Origin: Candidatus Nealsonbacteria bacterium
GTDB lineage: Bacteria; Patescibacteriota; Minisyncoccia; Minisyncoccales; JAGGXC01
Direction: 5' to 3'
Assembly (NCBI GenBank): GCA_026396195.1
Contig: JAPLXH010000005.1
Coordinates: forward strand, 3,710 to 67,709
DNA length: 64,000 nucleotides
Shown: piece by piece, positions 55,384-64,000 of the stretch
Position numbering within the stretch: the first letter of the stretch is position 1
How the letters are laid out: every line of letters begins with the position of its first letter
Program-made: the position numbers and the translations under genes
Notes under the pieces: model-generated
Database searches by the model: none
What the model saw: only the letters and a program-made list of their open reading frames with translations
What the model was told of the DNA's origin: nothing

Positions 55384-56109
55384 ATGAAAATGACCAAGCG
55401 CCAGGAAAAAATTTTAAACGGCATAATTAAGGAATACATCCATTTAGCTGTCCCTGTCAGCTCGCAGGTTTTAGACGAGAAGTATAATTTTAATCTTTCT
55501 ACAGCTACCCTTAGAAACGAGATGCAGGCCTTAAGTGATTTGGGATATCTTTTACAGCCCCACACTTCAGCCGGCCGGATTCCGACCGACAAGGGTTACA
55601 GATTTTTTGTTAACCAAATTTTTGAAAAAGGGCTTCCCGAATTTGACGAAAAAAAGAAAATGGATATTGAGAGGGAGTGCAAAGGAAAAAAAGACAACTC
55701 TTTTAGGTTCGTCCAGAAAGCGACAAAAATAATGGCTGACAACTCTTCAAATCTGGCCCTAAGTTATATTTTAAACGAAGATTTTTTTTGGAAAGAGGGC
55801 TGGGACGATGTTTTTGCGGAACCGGAATTTAAGGAAACCGATTTTGTGCTGAGGTTTACCAAAATAATAGATTCTTTTGAGAGAAACATTGAAGGCATAA
55901 CTTCTAACTTTTCCGATGAATTGGGTGTTTTTATCGGAAGAGAAACGCCTTTTTTGAAAAATGATGATTTCAGCATCGTGGTTTCTGGGTTTCGGTTCCC
56001 TGACTCAAAAAACAAGGGAATATTCGCCATTGTTGGCCCCAAACGGATGAATTATAATAAAAACATTTCCATTATTAATTTAGTTAACCAAATTTTTAAG
56101 GAATTATAA
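55384..56109 (+). CDS. hrcA: heat-inducible transcription repressor HrcA (short, 241 aa)
   Basis: LTKRQEKILNGIIKEYI...VSSQVL...STATLRNEMQALSDLGYLLQPHTSAGRIPTDKGYRFFV. Confidence 0.85.
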   Translation: MKMTKRQEKILNGIIKEYIHLAVPVSSQVLDEKYNFNLSTATLRNEMQALSDLGYLLQPHTSAGRIPTDKGYRFFVNQIFEKGLPEFDEKKKMDIERECKGKKDNSFRFVQKATKIMADNSSNLALSYILNEDFFWKEGWDDVFAEPEFKETDFVLRFTKIIDSFERNIEGITSNFSDELGVFIGRETPFLKNDDFSIVVSGFRFPDSKNKGIFAIVGPKRMNYNKNISIINLVNQIFKEL

Positions 56110-56113
56110 AAAT

Positions 56114-56671
56114 ATGGATAAACAAAGAAACAAAAAGTTAGTTTTTGGTGAAAGTAAAACGGAGGAGCCCTCCTTCGCTAAAGCTACGGCGGGCGAGGAA
56201 AAAAAAGATTCTGAGGATTTAAAGAAACAGATGGAAGAATGCGAGAAAAAAAGAGACGATTATTTGAAGGGCTGGCAGCGCTCTCAGGCTGATTTCATAA
56301 ACTATAAGAAAGAGGAAATCGCCAGAATGAAAGAAATTTTAAAATACGGCGGCGCGGAACTGATTTTGACTTTTCTTCCGATATTGGACAACTTTGAGAA
56401 AGCGGAAAAAGAAACACCTAAAGACTTTCAGGATAACCAGTATTTTAAGGGCCTTTTACAGATAAAAAAACAAATACAGGACTTTTTGAAAAATCAGGGA
56501 ATAAAAGAAATAGAATCAGTCGGAAAGAAAGTGGACCTGAACCTTCATGAAATCGTAGGCGAGGTGGAAATGAAAGACAAGGAATCAGGCACTATAATAG
56601 AAGAAACGCAAAAAGGTTATTTATTCGAAGATAAATTATTGCGAGTCGCTAAGGTCAAAACAATCAAATAA
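56114..56671 (+). CDS. grpE: nucleotide exchange factor GrpE
   Basis: YLKGWQRSQADFINYKKE and the C-terminal beta domain GYLFEDKLLRVAKV. Confidence 0.9.
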   Translation: MDKQRNKKLVFGESKTEEPSFAKATAGEEKKDSEDLKKQMEECEKKRDDYLKGWQRSQADFINYKKEEIARMKEILKYGGAELILTFLPILDNFEKAEKETPKDFQDNQYFKGLLQIKKQIQDFLKNQGIKEIESVGKKVDLNLHEIVGEVEMKDKESGTIIEETQKGYLFEDKLLRVAKVKTIK

Positions 56672-56703
56672 TATAATATAAATAAATCTAATTAAACAAA
56701 ACC

Positions 56704-58572
56704 ATGCCAAAAATAATAGGTATCGATCTGGGAACAACTTATTCGGCCGTGGCCGCGATAGAAAATGGCGAGCCGAAAATCATTGAAAATCACGAAGGCG
56801 CCAGAACAACCCCTTCGGTGGTTTCAATTGCTAAAAACGGCGAAAGACTGGTCGGAGTGACTGCCAAACGCCAGCAAATTACAAATCCCAGAAACACGAT
56901 TTATTCAATTAAGAGATTAATCGGCCGAAAGTATTCAGACCCTGAAGTTCAACGGGACAAAAAACTCCTGCCTTATGAAATCAGGAAATCAACTGACGAC
57001 GAAGGAGTAGATGTAAAAATGGGAGACAAGTGGTACAAACCCGCCGAGATTTCAGCGATGATTTTACAAAAAATAAAAAGAGACGCCGAAGAAAAATTGG
57101 GAGACAAAGTTGAGGAAGCCATCATTACCTGTCCGGCTTATTTTGACGATTCCCAGAGAAAAGCCACTAAAGTGGCCGGAGAAATCGCCGGATTTAAAGT
57201 CAGACGGGTTATCAACGAACCGACAGCCGCTGCTTTGGCTTACGGTTTAAGCAAAAAGAAAAACGAACAGATAGTGGTTTATGATTTTGGCGGAGGTACT
57301 TTTGATATTTCCATTTTGAACGTGGGCGGAGACACGATAGAAGTTATCGCCACCGGCGGAGACACTCATTTGGGCGGAGACGACTTTGACCAGAAAATAA
57401 TGGACTGGCTGGTTGACCAATTTAAAAAAGACAACGGCATTGACTTATCTAAAGATGAACTGGCCTTGCAGAGATTAAAAGAAGCTTCCGAGAAAGCCAA
57501 AATAGAATTGTCTACTACCATGGAAACGGAAATTAATCTTCCTTTCGTTACTTCTGATGCTGCCGGCCCCAAACACCTTTATTACAAAATGACCAGAGCT
57601 CAGCTTGAAAACTTGGTTAAAAATTATATTGATAGGTCAATTGAGTTAATGACAAGAACTCTTATTGAGGAAGCAAAAATGAAAACCTCGGAAATAGAAG
57701 AAATAGTTTTAGTGGGTGGCCAGACCAGAATGCCGAAAATCAGGGAAGAAGTAAAGAAATTTTTCGGAAAAGAACCCTATATAGACATTAACCCCGATGA
57801 AGTCGTGGCAGTTGGCGCTGCCGTGGAAGCTGGAATTTTGCAGGGCGAGGTGAGAGATGTTTTGCTTTTGGACGTTACTCCTTTATCTTTGGGAATTGAA
57901 ACTTTGGGAAGCGTGAACACGGTTTTAATTCAAAAAAACACCACTGTTCCCACCGCTAAAACTCAGACTTTTTCCACCGCTGCCGATAACCAGACCTCGG
58001 TTGAAATTCATGTTTTACAGGGCGAACGGCCAATGGCAAAAGATAACAAAACTCTTGGCAGGTTTATGCTGGACGGCATTCCGCCTTCACCAAGAGGACT
58101 TCCTCAGATTGAGGTTGTTTTTGACATTGATGCCAACGGCATTTTAAACGTTTCTGCTAAAGACAAAGCCACCGGCAAGGCCCAATCAATCAGGATTGAA
58201 AGTTCAATTGGCATCTCAAAAGATGAAATTGAAAAAATGAAAAGAGAAGCGGAATTGCACGCTGAAGAAGACAAAAAGAAACAGGAATTAATCGGGTTGA
58301 AAAACCAGGCCGATAATATAATTTATGTTTCTGAAAAAACCTTAAGGGAAAATAAAGACAAGGTTTCTTCCGAGATAGCCAAAGAAATTCAGGAAAAAGT
58401 TGATGACTTGAAAAAAATTAAAGACGGAGAGGACGCCGCTGCAATAAATGATAAAATTTCAAATTTATCCCAGGCCATTCAGAAAATCGGCGCTGAAATG
58501 TATAAAAAAGCTCCGGACCAAAAACCCGAAGAGAAAAAAGGACCTGAAGAGGGACAGTATAAAGAAAAATAG
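56704..58572 (+). CDS. dnaK: molecular chaperone DnaK
   Basis: [22 protein letters not shown] and [10 protein letters not shown]. Confidence 0.97.
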   Translation: MPKIIGIDLGTTYSAVAAIENGEPKIIENHEGARTTPSVVSIAKNGERLVGVTAKRQQITNPRNTIYSIKRLIGRKYSDPEVQRDKKLLPYEIRKSTDDEGVDVKMGDKWYKPAEISAMILQKIKRDAEEKLGDKVEEAIITCPAYFDDSQRKATKVAGEIAGFKVRRVINEPTAAALAYGLSKKKNEQIVVYDFGGGTFDISILNVGGDTIEVIATGGDTHLGGDDFDQKIMDWLVDQFKKDNGIDLSKDELALQRLKEASEKAKIELSTTMETEINLPFVTSDAAGPKHLYYKMTRAQLENLVKNYIDRSIELMTRTLIEEAKMKTSEIEEIVLVGGQTRMPKIREEVKKFFGKEPYIDINPDEVVAVGAAVEAGILQGEVRDVLLLDVTPLSLGIETLGSVNTVLIQKNTTVPTAKTQTFSTAADNQTSVEIHVLQGERPMAKDNKTLGRFMLDGIPPSPRGLPQIEVVFDIDANGILNVSAKDKATGKAQSIRIESSIGISKDEIEKMKREAELHAEEDKKKQELIGLKNQADNIIYVSEKTLRENKDKVSSEIAKEIQEKVDDLKKIKDGEDAAAINDKISNLSQAIQKIGAEMYKKAPDQKPEEKKGPEEGQYKEK

Positions 58573-58780
58573 AGTGTTCGGAAATTAATTTTTATGGACA
58601 CGCTCGTTCGCTAATACTCGCTAACGAAATCTTAAAGCATCGATTCTCAAAATCCCAGCGAGATTTTGGAATCTGCGTTCTCGTCTCGCTACCGCGTTTG
58701 ACGCGGACCATGCTGGCGAGACTCCGAAAGCTGCTTTAAGATTTATTAGCTCGCCTTTTTTACTCAGGAGAACAAAAAAT

Positions 58781-59245
58781 ATGAAAAAACTTTTAACTCT
58801 CTGTATAGTTCATCAAGAGCCCAAAGTATTACTTGGAATGAAAAAGATTGGTTTTGGGCAAGGAAGATGGAATGGGTTTGGTGGAAAAGTTGAAAAAGGG
58901 GAATCTATTGAAGAAGCCGCTAAGCGGGAATTATTGGAAGAAGTCGGCCTTACCGCTAAAAACATTCAACAATTGGGAATACTCGATTTTATTTGGGACA
59001 AAAAAGAAGATGATTTAGAGGTGCATATTTTTAAAGCCAGTGATTTTTTAGGCGAACCCGTTGAAAGCAATGAAATGATTCCTCAATGGTTTAATACTAA
59101 TGAAATTCCTTTTAACAAAATGTGGCAGGATGATAAACATTGGATGCCGTTATTTTTGAAAGGAAAAAAATTTCACGGCAAATTTATTTTTGACGACTTG
59201 GACAATATTTTAAATTTTTCGTTGGATGAAGTGGAAGAGGTGTAA
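58781..59245 (+). CDS. Nudix hydrolase (MutT/MTH1-like)
   Basis: GGKVEKGESIEEAAKRELLEEVGL is a canonical Nudix box. Confidence 0.8.
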   Translation: MKKLLTLCIVHQEPKVLLGMKKIGFGQGRWNGFGGKVEKGESIEEAAKRELLEEVGLTAKNIQQLGILDFIWDKKEDDLEVHIFKASDFLGEPVESNEMIPQWFNTNEIPFNKMWQDDKHWMPLFLKGKKFHGKFIFDDLDNILNFSLDEVEEV

Positions 59246-59304
59246 AAACGTTTCGGAAAATAAAAAAGTGTCTCGTAGAGAGACACACATTGATTGATAG
59301 ATAA

Positions 59305-59544
59305 TTATTTTTTGGGAACGAACAATGCATGATAAGCATGGTCTTCGCAGAGCTCGATATCAAAAATAGTCTTCGAAACGTTATTTGGGGACAACATTTC
59401 ACAAACCCAGCAATAATTCTCTTCTGATAAAACTGGGTGGTTAGTGATAAGTTCAATAGCACGACTTATTTCTTTTTCAGTCAGTTCTTCGCCGTTTGAT
59501 TTTTTTTCAAAGAGCTGTTGAAGTTCAGACTTTTCGGGTTTCAA
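59305..59544 (-). CDS. hypothetical 79-aa protein (TTG start)
   Basis: The minus strand reads GGAGGaagtaatcTTG. ORF only. Confidence 0.45.
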   Translation of the reverse strand: MKPEKSELQQLFEKKSNGEELTEKEISRAIELITNHPVLSEENYCWVCEMLSPNNVSKTIFDIELCEDHAYHALFVPKK

Positions 59545-59625
59545 GATTACTTCCTCCTTTTATGATATTATTATAGTAGTTTAAGAAAATATTTAAAGCA
59601 AGTCAATTATCATTGATTAAAAAAT

Positions 59626-60777
59626 ATGAAAGATTATTACAAAATTTTGGGCGTTGAGAGAAGCGCCAATGACAAAGATATTAAAAGCGCTTTTTACAAG
59701 TTGGCTCACAAACATCATCCTGATAAAGGCGGAGACGAAAATAAATTCAAAGAAATAAACGAGGCCTATCAGGTGCTTTCCGATAAGCAAAAAAGAGCTC
59801 AGTATGACCAGTTTGGCCAAACCTTTGACCAAGGAGGTCCTCAGGGGGGCCCAGGCGGCGGTTTTAACGGTTTTGATTTTTCTCAATGGCAACAGCAGCA
59901 ACAAGGTTTTGATGGCGGAGGAGAGCAAGGATTTAATTTTGAATTTGGAGATTTTGGTGATATTTTTGAGCAGTTTTTTGGCGGAGGATTTGGCGGTGGC
60001 GGCGGAAGCCGGAAAGATTTGAATCGCGGCCGGGACTTCCAAGTTGAATTGGAAATTAATTTGGAAGACACCTTGCAAGAAACGGAAAAAGAAATTATTT
60101 TGGAAAAAAACACAATTTGTTCCCGTTGCGCAGGCAAGGGAGCGGAACCCGGTTCCAAAGTTAATGAATGTTTCTCCTGCAGGGGAACGGGCCAAGTCCA
60201 GCAGATAAGAAGAACGATTCTAGGCACCATTGCCCAGGATATTGTTTGCCCTGAATGCAAGGGAGCCGGTTCCAAGCCCGACAAGCCCTGTAATGTTTGC
60301 CAAGGCGAGGGCAGGATTTTTGAAAGGGAAAAAATTAAAGTTTCGATTCCGGCCGGGGTTGATACCAATCAGCAGCTTAAGGTCAGAGGCAAGGGAGACG
60401 CCGGCAAACGGGGAGCAAAAGCAGGAGATTTATATATCCGGATTTTAGTCAAAAAACACCCGGTTTTTAAAAGAAAAGAAGATGATTTATACGTTTCCCA
60501 GTCTATTTCCTTTTCCCAGGCAGCCTTGGGAGCTGAAGTTGAGGTTCCCACTTTGGATGGTTCGACAGGCTCACCACAAGGGGGAAAGAAGATTTTGTTA
60601 AGAGTGCCCGAAGGAACGGAAACCGGAAAAGTTTTTAAAATTTCAGGCAAGGGGATTCCTCATTTTTCAGGTTACGGCCGGGGAAATTTATACATAACTC
60701 TCGCAATTAAAACCCCGAAAAGATTATCCAAAAAACAAAAAGAATTGCTGGAGAAATTGAAGGAAGAGGGAATGTAA
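59626..60777 (+). CDS. dnaJ: molecular chaperone DnaJ
   Basis: J domain with HPD (KHHPDKGG), a G/F region, and four CxxCxGxG repeats. Confidence 0.95.
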   Translation: MKDYYKILGVERSANDKDIKSAFYKLAHKHHPDKGGDENKFKEINEAYQVLSDKQKRAQYDQFGQTFDQGGPQGGPGGGFNGFDFSQWQQQQQGFDGGGEQGFNFEFGDFGDIFEQFFGGGFGGGGGSRKDLNRGRDFQVELEINLEDTLQETEKEIILEKNTICSRCAGKGAEPGSKVNECFSCRGTGQVQQIRRTILGTIAQDIVCPECKGAGSKPDKPCNVCQGEGRIFEREKIKVSIPAGVDTNQQLKVRGKGDAGKRGAKAGDLYIRILVKKHPVFKRKEDDLYVSQSISFSQAALGAEVEVPTLDGSTGSPQGGKKILLRVPEGTETGKVFKISGKGIPHFSGYGRGNLYITLAIKTPKRLSKKQKELLEKLKEEGM

Positions 60778-60932
60778 AAAATTTCACCCTTCGATGGGCT
60801 CAGGGTGACACCGAGAGAAGCCGAAGTGGTAAAATGTAAATTGTAGATTGTAAATTGAAAAACCGGCCAGAGGGACGGTTTTTTGTTTGACAAAATATTA
60901 ATTTAGATTAGAAATAAATAGGAGGTATATAA

Positions 60933-61451
60933 TTGAAAGGAAGAATAGAAGCAAGAAAGTTTTTTAGTACCTTAATAATAATTGTTTTGGTAATTATGAC
61001 GACCGGTTGTACAGAAAAAAAGACAGAAACTACCGGAACAGAAGTTATTAGCGACCTTTTTAATGATCCATGGAATGCTACTATAGAATTTACTTATGTG
61101 CCACCTATTAGCTCTGAATACAATCCGAATCCTCAAAGTTATAACTATCTTCGAGGTCGAGTTTCTCATGTTAATCCAGCTGATTGGCGAGTAGCAGTTT
61201 ATATCTATGTAAACTTCGGATGGCGGACAAAGCCTTATTTGGACAACACTACAACAATTATTTTGCCTAATGGAACTTGGGCTTGTGATATTACTACCGG
61301 AGGAATAGACTACGCCGCAACAGAAATAGCAGCTTTCCTTATACAGTCTTGTTATTATCCACCGCTTATGGAAGGAAAATATAATGTACCATTACCATAC
61401 AATTTATATAAATTTTCTGTAGCGCATGTAAATACAACACGCTCTCTTTAA
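60933..61451 (+). CDS. putative lipoprotein (TTG start)
   Basis: Signal peptide ending VIMTTGC (lipobox-like). TAGGAGG SD. Confidence 0.5.
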   Translation: MKGRIEARKFFSTLIIIVLVIMTTGCTEKKTETTGTEVISDLFNDPWNATIEFTYVPPISSEYNPNPQSYNYLRGRVSHVNPADWRVAVYIYVNFGWRTKPYLDNTTTIILPNGTWACDITTGGIDYAATEIAAFLIQSCYYPPLMEGKYNVPLPYNLYKFSVAHVNTTRSL

Positions 61452-61644
61452 AAAATTTACGGTGTAATTTATTTTGCACCGTTTTTTTATTATCAGTAAA
61501 ATTTTTCTAAACATTACAACATAAAGTATACGAATAAAACAACCGCCAATCAGGCTCCTCTTCACTAAAGTTACAGACGGACAAAGGGTTTTTTAGTTTG
61601 ATAAATTATAAATTATTATGTTATGGTATAAATGGTGATAGATT

Positions 61645-62316
61645 ATGGAAGATCAATATGTTGAAGGAAAAGAAATTATAGTCGGTTTCAGCGGTTTGTT
61701 GGAAAAGGTAGTATTAAAAGGAGGGCCCTCTGTAGTTAAACAGTATGTCCGATTGGCAGAGAAAGCAGCAGAAATGTTAAACGTACCTTTAAAAGATTTA
61801 ACAGGAAACTCGAAAATAGGAATTGCTTCCTTGGAGAGAGATGCATATCCTGTTTTTACGATGAGAGACAGAGTTCGTTTTAAAGGTAAATCTTTTTCTG
61901 AAGTGAAAGAGAGATTAGAAAAAATGATGAAATATATGTCGTCATCTGATCCGGTAGTTCTTATGGGAGACTATCTCAACGCAGAAGCAACCTTCAAGAA
62001 CGAAAAAGAATTAGCAAATGTACAAGAAGCAGCGTTAGAGCTAAAAGAAAAGTATAGTCTCGCCACTTCATATTTAGCATCCTTTTACGACGCGACGGAC
62101 TTACTTGAAGATACTTACAGAACAGGAAGGATTGATCCGAAAGAAGGTTTCGTAAAGGTTACCACTATTCATTTTTGGCTTCCCCCTTTTAAAAGAGGTT
62201 TCCTGAAGGAGATAATCGTTGAATGGTCAGTATCTTTACACTGCAAAGTAAATAGAAAAAAGATTGAAACACCTTTTTACTTGCCATGCAATGAACCTAA
62301 AAGGCTTATTTTTTAA
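61645..62316 (+). CDS. hypothetical protein
   Basis: 223-aa ORF with no recognised motif. Confidence 0.5.
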   Translation: MEDQYVEGKEIIVGFSGLLEKVVLKGGPSVVKQYVRLAEKAAEMLNVPLKDLTGNSKIGIASLERDAYPVFTMRDRVRFKGKSFSEVKERLEKMMKYMSSSDPVVLMGDYLNAEATFKNEKELANVQEAALELKEKYSLATSYLASFYDATDLLEDTYRTGRIDPKEGFVKVTTIHFWLPPFKRGFLKEIIVEWSVSLHCKVNRKKIETPFYLPCNEPKRLIF

Positions 62317-62421
62317 AGCCTTTTTTTATTTCCAAAATCTCCATCCCAAAATCGCCTAAAGAGCGATTTTTTTGATTGACAAATTAATTATTTAAAGTAA
62401 AAAGATGAAGGAGGGTAAAAA

Positions 62422-62811
62422 ATGGTCGAGGTTAAGATTCTAAAAGAAGAAGATGATTTTATAGAGCTTGATATAGGATTTACAGGAGATAGCCGCATCA
62501 CTCAATGGGAAGCAGCGAAGAGAGCATTGTTTAAGAACAAAAAAGTGTTTTACACTTTTAATGATGAGAGAATCAGAATAACTCCGCAAGAAGCTAGGGC
62601 TTATATTTATCCGGATATAGTGAGAGGAAAAACATCTGATTTAGAAAAAAAAGAAGGAATGTTGATAAAAGAACTTCTAAAAATAAGAGAAAAAAGAGTT
62701 GCTTTGGGAGAAAAAGAAGAAGGACGCTTTGAAAAACTTCTAGAAACAAGAAAAGAAATAAAGGAAATGAAGAGAATCATGAAGTTCTTAAAAAAAGATT
62801 TAAAAGAATAG
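62422..62811 (+). CDS. hypothetical protein with charged C-terminal helix
   Basis: 129-aa ORF behind the conserved promoter/SD module (62376-62421). Confidence 0.5.
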   Translation: MVEVKILKEEDDFIELDIGFTGDSRITQWEAAKRALFKNKKVFYTFNDERIRITPQEARAYIYPDIVRGKTSDLEKKEGMLIKELLKIREKRVALGEKEEGRFEKLLETRKEIKEMKRIMKFLKKDLKE

Positions 62812-62934
62812 CCCGAAATAATATTTTCTGGGCTTTTTTTATTTTTGGAATCTCCATACCAAAATCGCCTAAAGAGCGATTTTTTAGTAGAATTAAAGAA
62901 AGTTAAAATTTATTTATCTTAATTTATTATTTTT

Positions 62935-63435
62935 ATGCCAGAAGATCTGTTTATTGATATAGTTGACGAAAACGACAGTGTTATCGGTCGTATAAAAGAA
63001 GAAGAAGCGCTTTCAATGCCGGACAAGAGAACGAGAGCCATTTCAATTTTTCTTTTTAATTCTAAGAGAGAATTGTTACTTCAGAGAAGGTCTAAAAATA
63101 AAATAAGATATCCTTTGCATTGGGATTGTTCAGCTTCGGGATTTGTTAATTCTGGAGAGGATTATGAAACTACAGCAGTCCGAGAGTTAAAAGAAGAATT
63201 AGGGGTAATCAAAAAAACTTCAGAATTAGAATTTATCTTAAAAAGGGTTGTAGAAACTGACCGAACTGAATTCGTTAAGTTATATAAATTGGAATACGAT
63301 GGTCCTATTAAGGTTAACGATAATGAGGTAGAATCTGGAAAATTTTTTTCAATTAATGAAATAAAAGAGATGATAGATTCTGGTGAAAAGCTTAGTCCGT
63401 TCTTTGTTATATTATTTAATTCAGTTTACAAATAA
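62935..63435 (+). CDS. Nudix hydrolase (Idi-like subgroup)
   Basis: SGFVNSGEDYETTAVRELKEELGV Nudix box, preceded by RAISIFLFNS...LLLQRRS. Confidence 0.8.
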   Translation: MPEDLFIDIVDENDSVIGRIKEEEALSMPDKRTRAISIFLFNSKRELLLQRRSKNKIRYPLHWDCSASGFVNSGEDYETTAVRELKEELGVIKKTSELEFILKRVVETDRTEFVKLYKLEYDGPIKVNDNEVESGKFFSINEIKEMIDSGEKLSPFFVILFNSVYK

Positions 63436-63515
63436 ATATTTTCAGAAAGTTATACTAAACTTTTTTGAATTCCGTCGAAATTTCCATCCCATCCCGATTG
63501 CATCGGGATTTTAAT

Positions 63516-63641
63516 TTGACAGAAGAAACAATTTACGATAAATTATATTTTGCCAGGGAGAGGTTTTTAAGGAGATAGTTGTTTGCCTTCGTTATTTATA
63601 TCCCCCTCCTCTCTGGCGGAATTTAAAGGAGGTCTTTAAAA
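63516..63641 (+). promoter_or_regulatory. promoter plus leader with anti-SD / anti-anti-SD arrangement
   Basis: TTGACA (63516-63521), 17 nt, TAAATT (63539-63544). GCCAGGGAGAGG is at 63552-63563, CCCCCTCCTCTCTGGC at 63602-63617, and the SD AGGAGG at 63627-63632. Confidence 0.45.
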
Positions 63642-63998
63642 ATGAAAAAAGATGATCAAGAAATATTGAGAGACATAGAAGATCTATGCAGGCTTGAAGG
63701 AATAATATCTAATTTAATAAAATCAAAGAATACATTGCGTTTGATGAGTAACACAAGAATTGACATAGTAGCAAACTGGTTAAAAACACACAGCGATGAA
63801 GAGATAAAAGATCTTTTATCTAATGAGTGGAAAATAATGGAAGAAATTCTAGGGGTAGCCAAGCAGTTCTCTGATCTTAAAAAACTGGAAACTATAACAC
63901 AGGACTTATTATCAAACATACCCGAAATGGATCAAAAAACAGTAAACAAGATAAAAAAAATACTTGATAAAAAAGATCAGGTTAAAAGCAGAAAATAA
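63642..63998 (+). CDS. hypothetical protein
   Basis: 118-aa ORF ending at TAA 63996-63998, just inside the window. Confidence 0.5.
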   Translation: MKKDDQEILRDIEDLCRLEGIISNLIKSKNTLRLMSNTRIDIVANWLKTHSDEEIKDLLSNEWKIMEEILGVAKQFSDLKKLETITQDLLSNIPEMDQKTVNKIKKILDKKDQVKSRK

Positions 63999-64000
63999 AA

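Noticed and set aside
58573-58760. SRP (4.5S) RNA, 6S RNA or tmRNA identity for the structured element after dnaK, and likewise for the interior of the 8137-8291 element.
   Set aside because: No GGAAGCAGC-type SRP domain IV motif, no 6S central-bubble architecture, and no tRNA-like or tag-ORF features could be recognised by eye.

Overview
AT-rich, gene-dense bacterial window. Its style fits a Candidate Phyla Radiation / Patescibacteria-type genome (inference from the sequence alone). The supporting traits are a divergent 16S rRNA, a 16S-tRNAIle-tRNAAla unit with no 23S behind it, many small membrane proteins, and no Shine-Dalgarno (SD) motif in front of housekeeping genes.

Recognisable core genes:
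- Carbon metabolism: fbp (partial) and a class II aldolase.
- Ribosomal proteins: rplY, rpmE, rpsB, rpmG, rplJ, rplL.
- Translation factors: tsf and an N-terminally short prfA.
- tRNA charging and modification: lysS, serS, gatB, trmD.
- Cell envelope block: murF, a DegT-type aminotransferase, an Ldt/DD-carboxypeptidase fusion, FemAB, ftsQ, and two GT39-like glycosyltransferases.
- Nucleotide metabolism: tmk, deoC, and prs/pyrF/pyrE/cdsA-like genes.
- Transport and repair: a MacAB-like ABC exporter and pcm.
- Heat shock: hrcA-grpE-dnaK and dnaJ, with a CIRCE operator.
- RNA genes: one 16S rRNA and nine tRNA loci.

Most unusual observations:
1. A nested (Russian-doll) tRNA-Thr(UGU) locus at 7.78-8.12 kb.
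2. A 16S 3' end with no CCUCC anti-SD, in a genome where about 13 accessory genes carry strong GGAGG SD motifs.
3. A repeat-flanked array of four leaderless gene cassettes, sitting where the 23S would normally follow tRNA-Ala.
4. Families of short GC-rich palindromic mini-repeats that also occur in frame inside conserved genes (femAB-like, grpE, pcm).
5. A release factor 1 lacking domain 1.
6. A membrane coiled-coil gene split by one in-frame TGA.
7. Several long structured leaders.

No CRISPR array, integrase, transposase or obvious prophage was seen. All calls were made by eye from the sequence and the ORF track. Nothing was searched or computed.
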